The notes under the pieces were generated by a model. The model did not search any database, was not told the origin of the DNA, and worked only from the letters and a program-made list of their open reading frames with translations. The position numbers were made by a program, and so were the translations under genes. Positions 25,913 to 37,198 of a DNA stretch of 64,000 nucleotides are shown here, in pieces (position 1 is the first letter of the stretch; each line of letters opens with the position of its first letter). The stretch covers positions 496,001 to 560,000 of the forward strand of contig CATNEN010000012.1 in assembly GCA_950097015.1 (NCBI GenBank). The letters are read 5' to 3'. Source of the DNA: Macrostomum hystrix. Lineage: Eukaryota > Animalia > Platyhelminthes.

Positions 25913-27109
25913 CTAAACAGTCTCCTTGGCTTCATCAATAGAATCAGACGGCTGAGGCTGATGCTTTGATGATGCCGGCGGGGGTGGCGGCGGCGATGGC
26001 CGGACGGCTGCAAGGACGCGAACGTAGGCGGCGGGCACCAGGCCGGAGGCGCGAGTGTCCGGATTGGCGGCCAGCAGCCAGTTGGGCACATTGGGCTGCA
26101 GCCGTTTTGGCGCAACCAGCAGTCTTTCGCCAGCCTGCACAGTCAGCTCATCAGCCGCTGCCCGATTGTAGCTGTACAGGGCTCTGGCGGTGTAGTGCTC
26201 GCCTTCGCCGCGGGTCCAGGCAGACTCGGCTGACGTCTCCACGCCGACTGCTGACGCTGAACGCTGCTGACTGCCGTTGTCAGCCGCCGCTAATCGCAGA
26301 AGCAATAGCGGCCCGGCCAGAGCCGCTGCCAGGAACAGCAGGGTCCGACCTCCGCTGCCACTTGCTGGCGACTGTCCAGCTGCTCCAGAAGAACTCGATG
26401 CCAGCGACTGCACTGCCGCAGTCACCGCAGCAGCGGCAGCCGGCCTCTGCTCAATCAGGCCAGCCGCGTACAGGGCCAGGCCGATGAGGCGCCAGAGCCT
26501 TCGCACCCCGCTGCCCAGCAGGGAGCGAAGTGCCGCTCCGGCCCTGCCAAACTGGTCTCCCAGAGAGGCCAGCGCCCTGACTGACTGGCTGAGGGCGAAG
26601 TAGCAGCTCTCCATCATGACGGCAACTGACGAGACTGTGGACACGACTGCGTGCAACGATTCGAATGCTGGTCTGAGGCTGGCTTCCATCTGCTGAGTCA
26701 GGCCGACGTTGCTACCGGCGCCACCGACACCGCCAAGGCCGAGGCCGGCAAAGCCACCGCCTTGCAGGAACGGCATGGCAGAGCCGGCGCCGTAGGGACC
26801 GAAGCCGAAGCCGGAGGCGAAAGGCGAGTAGCCGATCGCGGCTCCTCCAGAAGCTGCAGCCGGAGCCGATCTCGGCGGCACTGGTGGCGGCAGCGTGCCG
26901 AGCAGTGGATCGATGGGGCCGGAGATGCTGACGCCACCTCCACCAAGGCCAACCGAGGCAGGCGGCTGCAGGGGACTCTGTGGACCGCCAAGCAGGCTGC
27001 TGGCGACAGAGTCGGAGCCGCCACAGGCACCTGCAATACCATTGTTGGCTGATCTTCGGCAGATTTCACCAGCGCCACTTGGCCCTGATGGAGCAGTGGG
27101 GTTGTCTGT
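25913..27109 (-). CDS. PEX13: Peroxisomal membrane protein PEX13 (Gly-rich N-terminus, Peroxin-13 N region, C-terminal SH3)
   Basis: QQMEASLRPAFESLHAVVSTVSSVAVMMESCYFAL resembles PEX13 QQAEESSRGAFQSIESIV. SH3: ARALYSY...ELTVQAGE...WLLA...SGLVPAAYVRVL. The exon begins after the TTTGCAG acceptor (27110-27112). A candidate ATG-only first exon lies at 28207-28209. Confidence 0.88.
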   Translation of the reverse strand, partial: TDNPTAPSGPSGAGEICRRSANNGIAGACGGSDSVASSLLGGPQSPLQPPASVGLGGGGVSISGPIDPLLGTLPPPVPPRSAPAAASGGAAIGYSPFASGFGFGPYGAGSAMPFLQGGGFAGLGLGGVGGAGSNVGLTQQMEASLRPAFESLHAVVSTVSSVAVMMESCYFALSQSVRALASLGDQFGRAGAALRSLLGSGVRRLWRLIGLALYAAGLIEQRPAAAAAVTAAVQSLASSSSGAAGQSPASGSGGRTLLFLAAALAGPLLLLRLAAADNGSQQRSASAVGVETSAESAWTRGEGEHYTARALYSYNRAAADELTVQAGERLLVAPKRLQPNVPNWLLAANPDTRASGLVPAAYVRVLAAVRPSPPPPPPASSKHQPQPSDSIDEAKETV

Positions 27110-29077
27110 CTGCAAAGAGGGAATGGCAATGTTAATGTGCTGGATTGAACTTTTTATCTAGGTCCCATGTTAAAATCCACACTTTTATTGTGGACTTCAA
27201 TAATAACTTTTAAGTAAGAATCCTAGAGGTATCTCTCTAGTCTATATACATTACATAGAACAGTATTAGGCCTAGGCTAAATTGTTTACTACAAAATTGA
27301 ATGATATTCACAATCAATGAGTATTATTTCTAAATAAGTATATACCTCTTTAAATTATCAAACATTTGATAGTTCTTTACTAAAACTTTATTTGCTTTAG
27401 CTCTAGTAATTACATTGAATCTACAACTACTTGTAATCTATCTAAGGGATTGATATTGTTTGATTATAATCAAATATATTATAAACTGGTATTTACAAAA
27501 AACAAAGTTAAAAGTTTCTTATTGCAAATATTAAAACCAGAAAAAAACAAAGAATGTTTAGGACAAAGTTTTAAATATATTATTTTGCTTTTCTTACATA
27601 CTTAGTTTGGAAAGTTTTATATGAATAGCCAAAAATTTAGAGAAAATGTTTTTAGTTCTGGGTCTAAGCAACTTTTTAGTTTGCTTTGGGCCAAATGCTT
27701 TGTTGCTAGCTTCTATAGGGGCCTAGTCATTTTTATCGTTTTTAGTTTTGATTGCTGTTGTCATATTGAAAATTTGCCTTGCAAGTCTGTACTGTAGTTT
27801 CACATACACCCTAGACATAAATCCAAGCAAATTGACTGTAGCTAATGTGGCACTTGCAACAAGGTTAGGCATAGGCAAGCCAACCAAAAGTATGATTATG
27901 AAAAGCAGTTGGCCTATAAGAAAGTACAAATTCTGTAGTAAAAAAGAATTATGTAGATATACAGGCCTAGCTAATGTAGCTAATTATATATGTAAAGTGT
28001 AGGCCCTATATGTACTAAATGCACAGTTTTCAATGGTAGACCTACCAACTCTTTTACCAACTAAAATATTTATAATCCTAATCGGGTGCCAGGCATTTCA
28101 GTGACAGGGCTTTTCGGTACAGTGCATTTCGGTACCAGTCAGTGCTTTTCGGTGACTTAATTTTCGTTAAATCCCTGCGAAGGTCTTTTCCGGGATGTAT
28201 TTTTACCATAGACACAAAACACCGAGCTAGAATTTGTATTTTTTCGAGTTGTATATTTTATATTTCATTCTGGATGACAAAAAACGAGATTATGAATCTC
28301 GTTTGAATCTCGAGAATCTTATAACTGGAAAACGAAAATTTGCAGGTCTTATTGGTGGGCAACAAGGTAGCTTAGTTTACTTATGTTAGTTTGTTTCGAC
28401 TTAAGGTAGATCAGTTTTTTGTTATTAACAGTTGGGTTCATCGCATGCATGTAATCAATTTTTGATGATGACTGAGCAGTCCACTATACTAAAAATGAAA
28501 TGCTTGCTTGGTTGTAATTGATTTTCTCCCGAACGGCTCAACCGATTTTCACCATTTCTTCACCAAAAGATGCCAAATATGGGGACAATTTTACACGTAT
28601 TTTTATTAAGCTTAACTTTATTGCTAAAGGGATTAAATATTCGAAAAACATGATTTTTCAAAGGTCAAACCATCTTGGCCTATTGAGAATTTTACTCACT
28701 GCCGCTGAATTGGAATTGCATCGTCAAATTGCGCAACACCCCCTCGCTGACTGAGTTAGAAGCCTGCACTCTGGAGACAAATTTGAAATAAATGTACACA
28801 ACCAACCGCGAGACTGAGTGTACTCTATTTTCTCACTTCATTGTACAAAGCCAGAACTTTGAGAATTCATTTTATAAGGCTGATTTTTGCACCCACTCAC
28901 TGATTTTTGCATCGGAATAGCCGATGTGTAGGCACTAGGAATAGGTTATAGGCTAGGCTAGGGTTCGATTCTGCACTGCGTCAAATCATTTAGACTAATT
29001 TTCAGCCAGTAGTGATTGAAGATTATTTTGATTTTTTTTTTCATTTCGTAAATAAAATATCATAAATCATAGCAAAC

Positions 29078-31202
29078 CTGAGTTTGAATCATGGCAAAAA
29101 TAGAGCTTGAATCATGGCTAAACCAGCGTCTGAATCATGGCTAAACCAGAGCTTGAATCATGGCTAAACCAGAGTCTGAATCATGGCTAAACTGGAGTCT
29201 GAATCATGGCTAAACCAGGGTCTGAATCATGGCTAAACCAGAGTTTGAATCATGGCTAAATCAGGGTCTGAATCATGGCTAAACCAGAGTTTGAATCATG
29301 GCTAAACCAGAGTCTGAATCATGGCTAAACCAGAGTCTGAATCATGGCTAAACCAGAGTTTGAATCATGGCTAAACCAGAGTTTGAATCATGGCTAACCC
29401 AGAGTTTGAATCATGGCTAACCCAGACTTTGAATCATGGCTAAACCAGAGTCTGAATCATGGCTAAACCAGCGTCTGAATCATTGCTAAACCAGAGTTTG
29501 AATCATGGCTAAACCAGAGTCTGAATCATGGCTAAACCAGAGTTTGAATCATGGCTAAACCAGATTTTGAATCATGGCTAACCCAGAGTTTGAATCATGG
29601 CTAAACCAGAGTCTGAATCTGAATCATGGCTAAACCAGCGTCTGAATCATGGCTAAACCAGAGTCTGAATCATGGCAAAACCAGAGTCTGAATCATGGCT
29701 AAACCAGAGTTTGAATCATGGCTAAACCAGGGTCTGAATCATGGCTAAAACAGAGTTTAAATCATGGCTAAACCAGAGTCTGAATCATGGCTAAACCAGA
29801 GTTTGAATCATGGCTAAACCAGGGTCTGAATCATGGCTAAACCAGAGTCTGAATCATGGCTAAACCAGGGTCTGAATCATGGCTAAACCAGAGTTTGCAT
29901 CATGGCTAAACCAGAGTCTGAATCATGGCTAAACCAGAGTCTGAATCATGGCTAAACCAGAGTTTGAATCATGGCTAAACCAGAGTCTGAATCATGGCTA
30001 AACCAGAGTCTGAATCATGGCTAAACCAGCGTCTGAATCATTGCTAAACCAGAGTTTGAATCATGGCTAAACCAGAGTCTGAATCATGGCTAAACCAGAG
30101 TTTGAATCATGGCTAAACTGGAGTCTGAATCATGGCTAAACCAGGGTCTGAATCATGGCTAAACCAGAGTTTGAATCATGGCTAAATCAGGGTCTGAATC
30201 ATGGCTAAACCAGAGTTTGAATCATGGCTAAACCAGAGTCTGAATCATGGCTAAACCAGAGTCTGAATCATGGCTAAACCAGAGTTTGAATCATGGCTAA
30301 ACCAGAGTTTGAATCATGGCTAACCCAGAGTTTGAATCATGGCTAACCCAGACTTTGAATCATGGCTAAACCAGAGTCTGAATCATGGCTAAACCAGCGT
30401 CTGAATCATTGCTAAACCAGAGTTTGAATCATGGCTAAACCAGAGTCTGAATCATGGCTAAACCAGAGTTTGAATCATGGCTAAACCAGAGTCTGAATCT
30501 GAATCATGGCTAAACCAGCGTCTGAATCATGGCTAAACCAGAGTCTGAATCATGGCAAAACCAGAGTCTGAATCATGGCTAAACCAGAGTTTGAATCATG
30601 GCTAAACCAGGGTCTGAATCATGGCTAAAACAGAGTTTAAATCATGGCTAAACCAGAGTCTGAATCATGGCTAAACCAGAGTTTGAATCATGGCTAAACC
30701 AGGGTCTGAATCATGGCTAAACCAGAGTCTGAATCATGGCTAAACCAGGGTCTGAATCATGGCTAAACCAGAGTTTGCATCATGGCTAAACCAGAGTCTG
30801 AATCATGGCTAAACCAGAGTCTGAATCATGGCTAAACCAGAGTTTGAATCATGGCTAAACCAGAGTCTGAATCATGGCTAAACCAGAGTCTGAATCATGG
30901 CAAAAATAGAGCTTGAATCATGGCTAAACCAGCGTCTGAATCATGGCTAAACCAGAGCTTGAATCATGGCTAAACCAGAGTTTGAATCATGGCTAAACCA
31001 GAGTCTGAATCATGGCTAAACCAGAGTCTGAATCATGGCTAAACCAGAGTCTGAATCATGGCTAAACCAGAGTCTGAATCATGGCTAAACCAGAGTCTGA
31101 ATCATGGCTAAACCAGCGTCTGAATCATGGCTAAACCATAGTATGAATCATGGCTAAACCAGAGTCTGAATCATGGCTAAACCAGCGTTTGAATCATGGC
31201 AA
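29078..31202. repeat. 23-bp minisatellite (TGAATCATGGCTAAACCAGAGTC), about 90 copies, with an internal higher-order duplication of about 0.9 kb
   Basis: Tandem units; diagnostic variants recur about 926 and about 880 bp apart. Confidence 0.97.
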
Positions 31203-31339
31203 AATTTTTCTTTTGTCATTGAATTGAATTTTGAGTTTGTTATCTCATAACGTCATAATGATATATATTTGTATGATAAATATTTTGCCTAATAATCATT
31301 TAATTGTTGTTCTTCTCAATTTTCTACAAAAGAAGCTGG

Positions 31340-32765
31340 GCAACTGGGCAACATTGTCAACTGGGCATCATCATCAATAAGGAGTCCTCATCAAATGGGG
31401 GATCATTGTCAACTGGGGGATCATTGTCAACTGGGGGATCATTGTCAACTGGGTGATCATTGTCAACTGGGGGATCATTGTCAACTGGGGATCATTGTCA
31501 ACTGGGGGATCATTGTCAACTGTGAGATCATTGTCAACTGGGGGATCATTGTCAACTGGGGGATCATTGTCAACTGGGGGATCATTGTCAACTGGGGGAT
31601 CATCATCAACTGGGGGATCATTGTAAACTGGGGGATCATTGTCAACTGTGGGATCATTGTCAACTGGGGGATCATTGTCAACAAGGGGATCATTGTGAAC
31701 TGGGGGATCATTGTCAACTGGGGATCATTGTCAACTGGGGGAACATTGTCAACTGGGGGATCATTGTCAACTGGGGGATCATTGTCAACTGGGTGATCAT
31801 TGTCAACTGGGGGATCATTGTCAACTGAGGGATCATTGTCAACTGGGGTATCATTATCAACTGGGGGATCATTGTCAACTTGGGAATGATTGTCAAATGG
31901 GTGTTCATTGTCAACTGGGGGATCATTGTCAACTGGGAGATCATTGTCAACTGGGGGATCATTGTCAACTGGGGGATCATTGTCAACTGGGGTATCATTA
32001 TCAACTGGGGGATCATTGTCAACTTGGGAATGATTGTCAACTGTGGGATCATTGTCAACTGGGGGGATCATTGTCAACTGGGGGATCATTGTCAACTGGG
32101 TGATCATTGTCAACTTGGGGATCATTGTCATCTGAGGGATCATTGTCAACTGGGGTATCATTATCAACTGGGGATCATTGTCAACTGGGGGATCATTGTC
32201 AACTGGGGGATCATTGTCAACTGGGGGATCATTGTCAACTGGGTGATCATTGTCAACTGGGGGATCATTGTCAACTGGGGGATCATGGTCAACTTGGGGA
32301 TCATTGTCAACTGTGAGATCATTGTCAACTGGGTGATCATTGTCAACTGGGGGATCATTGTCAACTGGGGGATCATTGTAAACTGGGGGATCATTGTCAA
32401 CTGTGAGATCATTGTCAACTGGGGGATCATTGTCAACTGGGGGATCATTGTCAACTGGGGGATCATTGTCAACTGGGGGATCATCATCAACTGGGGGATC
32501 ATTGTCAACTGTGGGATCATTGTCATCTGGGGGATCATTGTCAACAAGGGGATCATTGTGAACTGGGGGATCATTGTCAACTGGGGATCATTGTCAACTG
32601 GGGGTTCATTGTCAACTGGGGGATCATTGTCAACTGGGGGATCATCATCAACTGGGGGATCATTGTCAACTGGGGATCATTGTCAACTGGGGGTTCATTG
32701 TCAACTGGGGGATCATTGTCAACTGGGGGATCATTGTCAACTGGGGGATCATTGTCAACTGGGGG
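31340..32765. repeat. 18-bp minisatellite (GGGGGATCATTGTCAACT), about 78 copies
   Basis: Tandem units with occasional 17-bp units that shift the spurious ORFs. Confidence 0.97.
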
Positions 32766-32837
32766 TTTATTTTAGCTTTAAAAAGCTGTAAATTCAGCTG
32801 CTAAACAGTATATACAAGACGAATTAAAAATATTTCT

Positions 32838-32867
32838 GCTCCCCGAAGGGGGGCAAAACATGCTAGT
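32838..32867 (+). mobile_element. Helitron-like 3' terminus (GC hairpin, 8 nt, CTAG, then T)
   Basis: GCTCCCC-GAA-GGGGGGC stem-loop at 32838-32854, AAAACATG, CTAG at 32863-32866, then T. This matches the canonical Helitron 3' end layout; the 5' TC end was not identified. Confidence 0.45.
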
Positions 32868-34161
32868 TATTAAAACTGAAATTCAGCTGACGCTCACCGC
32901 GGACGCTAGCTGCGTCTGTCTCAGCCTCGCGTAGTATTTTAGTGTCCAATACAGCGCAGGAATTGGCGATTTGAATGTCGGACGTCCGCTTGTACGTGCG
33001 GACTCCAGCCAAACTTCGGTGACCTGTTCGTTCCATTATTTGCTGTTCTTCAACGCCAGCTTGGTAAAGACGTGTAGCACATGTAGCGCGTAGACTATGA
33101 TTAGTCTTGTGGCCAGAAATCTCGGCTTCAGTGCACATTTCATGCAGAAACTTTGTCAGGGTGTTTTTGCCAATTGGACGATTCGAGTACCATTGCTTCT
33201 CCGATGGTTGCTTCAGCGGCAGAAGGTAAAATCTATTACTCTGGCTAGGCCTGACTTTCTTAAAAAGCTCGAAAAGCCGAACATGACAACGTTCCGGATT
33301 GGCTGCATTGGCGAAGTGAAGAACTTCCTTTGGTTTGAAGCGAGTGTCGCGCAATCCACCAGCATTCGTCTTCGTGGCCATCTCTTTGTAAACAATACAT
33401 TTCTGTCCCTCTCGCTCTTGCACACTGAATTGCGAAATGCACAGGGCACTATGTTCCTCACCGCCACGTAGAGCAAAATGCAAGCCGTTAAGATAAAACA
33501 AAGCTCTGATCAGACTCGTAGGATCTTTGTCGCCTAACACTTTCTCCCAAAGTTTCTCCTCATCTTCATAGCCAACAACTTCAGCAGATTTCCTGGCTAG
33601 TCCTAAGCCATTTCTTATCCCAATCTTCATGGCGGCGTCCAGACTTTCACGCACAATGCTGAATCGCTCATCGCGAAATAAATCAACTTTACGCACCTTG
33701 CAGATAGTTTGTTGCAGACCAGCAACAATTGACACGAGTGTGTTTGGCGGATATTGAGTCCCATCGGCACGGGTAACTTCATGAATGAAAACAGGAAGGA
33801 ATTCGTTTAGCTCATCATCGCTAAGTTCTTGCACAGCACGAATAGAATCGTTGGAACGGCCAGAGCGCCACCTATCAAAGACGCCAACGGACCACTTGTT
33901 CCGATTGGCGGTATTGGCAGGCTTTGTCGACTCATTAACTGATCGAACCATATCGAGAGTCAAGTCCTTGGGCAGCGTTGATGGACCAGGTTCTTCACGC
34001 GACGACCGCACCTCTTGCAATGCGTAAGGGTTTCGCAAATCTTCACCAGCGTCCAGCAGTAGGTCTAAATCGTCCATCGTAAGCTTATTTGGATCATAGT
34101 CTCCGACATATTCTTTAGAATAATCAACTAACGGGTTTAAAATAAGTCTTCGTTCTGCCAT
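32863..34161 (-). mobile_element. Crypton-type DNA transposon tyrosine recombinase (DUF3504-like), uninterrupted 432-aa ORF
   Basis: N-terminal NT..KW.V.VF..W, L..FL..F..EV...DG..YPPNTL..I.AGLQ, FALRGGEEH (R), KTN.GGL (K), TNHSLRAT (HxxR), TGHRS (H), VRTYKR (Y). This is the pattern of the CryptonA/V and ZMYM/KCTD1/QRICH1-related family. No introns. Confidence 0.88.
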
Positions 34162-36916
34162 TAGTTAAGGGATGTAAACTGTAGTGTAACTTTTAAGTAC
34201 AATTTAAATTTGTTTCAGTTAGGCTTTGCTGCTATTTATCTGTCTTATGTCTGTCTTTATAAAAGATGTCTATGGTATAGAATGTGGAGGCTTCGCCCCC
34301 ACACCCCCAATACAGTATTGAAGTGTATGGCCAATTTGCGGGTTGTAATTAAATACAACCCGGAGATTTCTTACTGATTGTTACATAAATTTGCGGGTTG
34401 TATTTTTAGCGCATGAATTTAAGTGAGATGACACATAGAGTTTAGGGATGTATTTTTCTTAAACCCCTCGGGCCTTTCGGTACCTGCTTTTCGAACGGTA
34501 CCTTAAATAGTCAAGCATTAAAGAGTAAAGACTATACTAGCTCCCCTGTTTGTATTCGTGTGAATACATATTTTAACGGTATATTTTAACGAGAATATTT
34601 TAATATTTTAACGAGAACGACAAAAAGACATTGCTGAAATACAATGTACTGCAGCCGCCTGCAACGTTATAATCCACCATGAAATCCACTTAACGTCTTA
34701 AATATAATAGATATAATAATTAACTAAACATCTATGTTACAAACTTACAAATCGAATATAAACTAATGCCTTTTTTTATTCTTTTTTTAGTCTGTTCAAG
34801 CCAGCAAAATGTTTAATTTACGTAATTATTAAATTAAAAACACACTGAGAAGCTTAAGCTTGAGCTGCAGCGCAGCAGCTGCTGTTGATTTTGTTCCTGC
34901 ATTTAAAATACGATATTCGTAGAAACTGTTAACTACAATCGTGCCAATCACTAATTTATAAGTCAATGACATTCTTGCACGAAATCTCCGTGTCCTACTC
35001 TCCTTCGCAACCCACCCCCACTAGAAGAAGATCATCTTCAATTATATTCTGTTCTATTCCTCCTTCTATTTTAAAAATTTAGGATCTACTTCGCATTTTC
35101 GGTTTCATATAACTTGACAAAACATAAAAAGGAATAAATTTCAAATGATTGCGCAATAGGCTATACATTTAAGTTCCTATCAAGTATTCTAAGTCTACAT
35201 TTTCATTGTTATTTTCGATTTCCACCCAGTAGCGTTTCATAATTTGTTGAATTTTACTTCTGGTGCAAACGTTTAGAAACATCTGCTCCGGAAAATGCAT
35301 GCATGCTTTCAATGCGTCAAATTCTACCTAAATTGATCTCGATAACGATTTTCCCACACAACAAACCCCGTGGCGTAGGCCTAGCCAGGTGGTATCGGTG
35401 TATCGGCGGTGAACTCTGTGATTCTGTGATGCTGTGAATTCTGAGATTTTGTGAATTCTGCGCATCTGTGAATTTTGTAATTCTGTGCATGAATTCTGCT
35501 ATTCAGTGAGTTGTGTAATTTTGTGAGTTCTGTTCTTCAGTGAATTCTGTAATTCCGTGAATCGTGTGATTTTGATGTCTCAATTTTTTCGCATTCCGTT
35601 TCTTCGAAAGAATTGAATTAATTGTTTTTTAAATCCCTTTTAGGAAATTACGCTGGACAGAACTTAAAAACGATACCCAAAAAAATCCCGGCTATGCCCC
35701 TGAGCAACACACACTATACTACTTAAACTACATTAAATGTAGCAATATACATATAATAATCAATAACCATTGCTTCGCAAATTAATAGCTAATTCCACAT
35801 GTTCCATCAGGCATCGTTATTTATTCACACGCATACCTTATCGCTCATCATAGGAGTGCTTAGCTGTCAAATTGAGTAATTTGATTTGTCTAATTCGAAG
35901 AGGTTAGCCAATTTTGACTCATTTTGCAATGAAAAACTGCAATCACTGCAGGGTTAGGTAGCTGGTACAAATAGGTTTGTGCTGTAGAAACCCATTGTAG
36001 AATCCCTGTTCAAATTCTACTGACTAGAAAAAGAAGGTAGTCACTTTTAGTGGGAATCGGCTAATCTTGAAAAATCTGCCACTAATCTGTCCCTTGTCTT
36101 ATTTCTTCATGTAATGACATTACGTGAGTACAATATGAAAAGTTTAGCCAATTTTGTAGCCAATAATTTGCTTGCAAACTTTTATATTTATGATAAGTTT
36201 GTGATTGCTGTGAATCAAGATTATGTGAATCAATATTCTGTGAATCAAGATTCTGTGAATCAAGATTCTGTGAATCAAGATTCTGTGAATTCTGAGATTT
36301 TGTGAATTCTGTGAATCTGTAAATTTAGTAATTCTGTGAATTTCGTAATTCCGTGATTTTGTGAGTTCTGTTCTTCAGTGAATTCTGTGATTCCGTGAAT
36401 TTTACTGTGTAATGGTCCGCAACCATTCCTTCCAGTTGAAATCCTGGTTAAGCTGTGCATTCCTGTGTCATGCATGCAACCATACTTTCACAAGTACGCA
36501 AGTGCAAGTTTCACTTTAAAGTGAAAATTCTAGAGAAAACATTTTTGAATTTGACAAACCGGTTCGCCTTAGCCGCATGCCGAAACTTCTTAGAGCTTTT
36601 GGTTGGCGGGGGGTGGGCTGTCGACTCTCAGGGGTTAAAGTGTAAAGATCGCCTTCTGATTGGTCAGAGGGTAAGAGATTTTGGCGATGTTATTTACCCT
36701 GCAGTGTTTAGCTGGGTGGTGTGTCTCATTTGTGCGCATGCTTTTCGGTATAGACCGGTCTCAAACCGGTTAATTAAAATAAGCTGCATGGGTTGTCTGT
36801 CGCTTTTCCGATATAAATAACAGGCATCTGCACAATCGAAGACACATCAGCTATCAGGAGTTAAAATTGTTATAAGCAGCCGCGGCTATAAACTCACTAG
36901 CTCTCCTCAGACGAAA

Positions 36917-37198
36917 ATGCAGGCTACGAAGACCGTTCTCCTCTTTCTGCTGGTTGTGATCATCATGCAGGCGGACAATTCTACCACCGTCGCGTCGGCC
37001 TCGTGCATCAATGACGACCGCGAGTGTGGCAGCTCCGAGTGCTACAATCCCAGGGTGCAGGTGTGCATCGACGGCATCGTCTGCCAGATCGGCCAGAATT
37101 TGTGCTCCGAAGACGGAACGAAGTGCTGCCCGCAGGAAGCAGAGTCAACCACAACCGTCTTCCAGCAGGGCTCGACTGCTCTGCCGAAAGGGCTCTGA
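36917..37198 (+). CDS. Small secreted cysteine-rich protein (signal peptide plus 8 Cys), 93 aa
   Basis: Hydrophobic N-terminus VLLFLLVVIIM, then C-x6-C-x4-C-x7-C-x5-C-x6-C-x6-CC. GC-rich island in AT-rich flanks, like the real exons in this window. Confidence 0.7.
   Translation: MQATKTVLLFLLVVIIMQADNSTTVASASCINDDRECGSSECYNPRVQVCIDGIVCQIGQNLCSEDGTKCCPQEAESTTTVFQQGSTALPKGL

Noticed and set aside
25900-27161. Antisense and alternative-frame ORFs over PEX13, the GPCRs, the PHKA last exon, the Crypton and the LINE
   Set aside because: Shadow ORFs of GC-rich coding sequence with no independent motifs.
29078-32765. CRISPR-like or guide array beside a recombinase
   Set aside because: The units are contiguous with no unique spacers, there are no cas genes, and the context is eukaryotic. 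These are ordinary minisatellites.
28090-34500. GGGATGTATTTTT (28192 and 34445) plus nearby TTTCGGTACC motifs as ends of one large element
   Set aside because: A 13-mer match is expected by chance in 64 kb, the motif order differs at the two sites, and there is no TSD.
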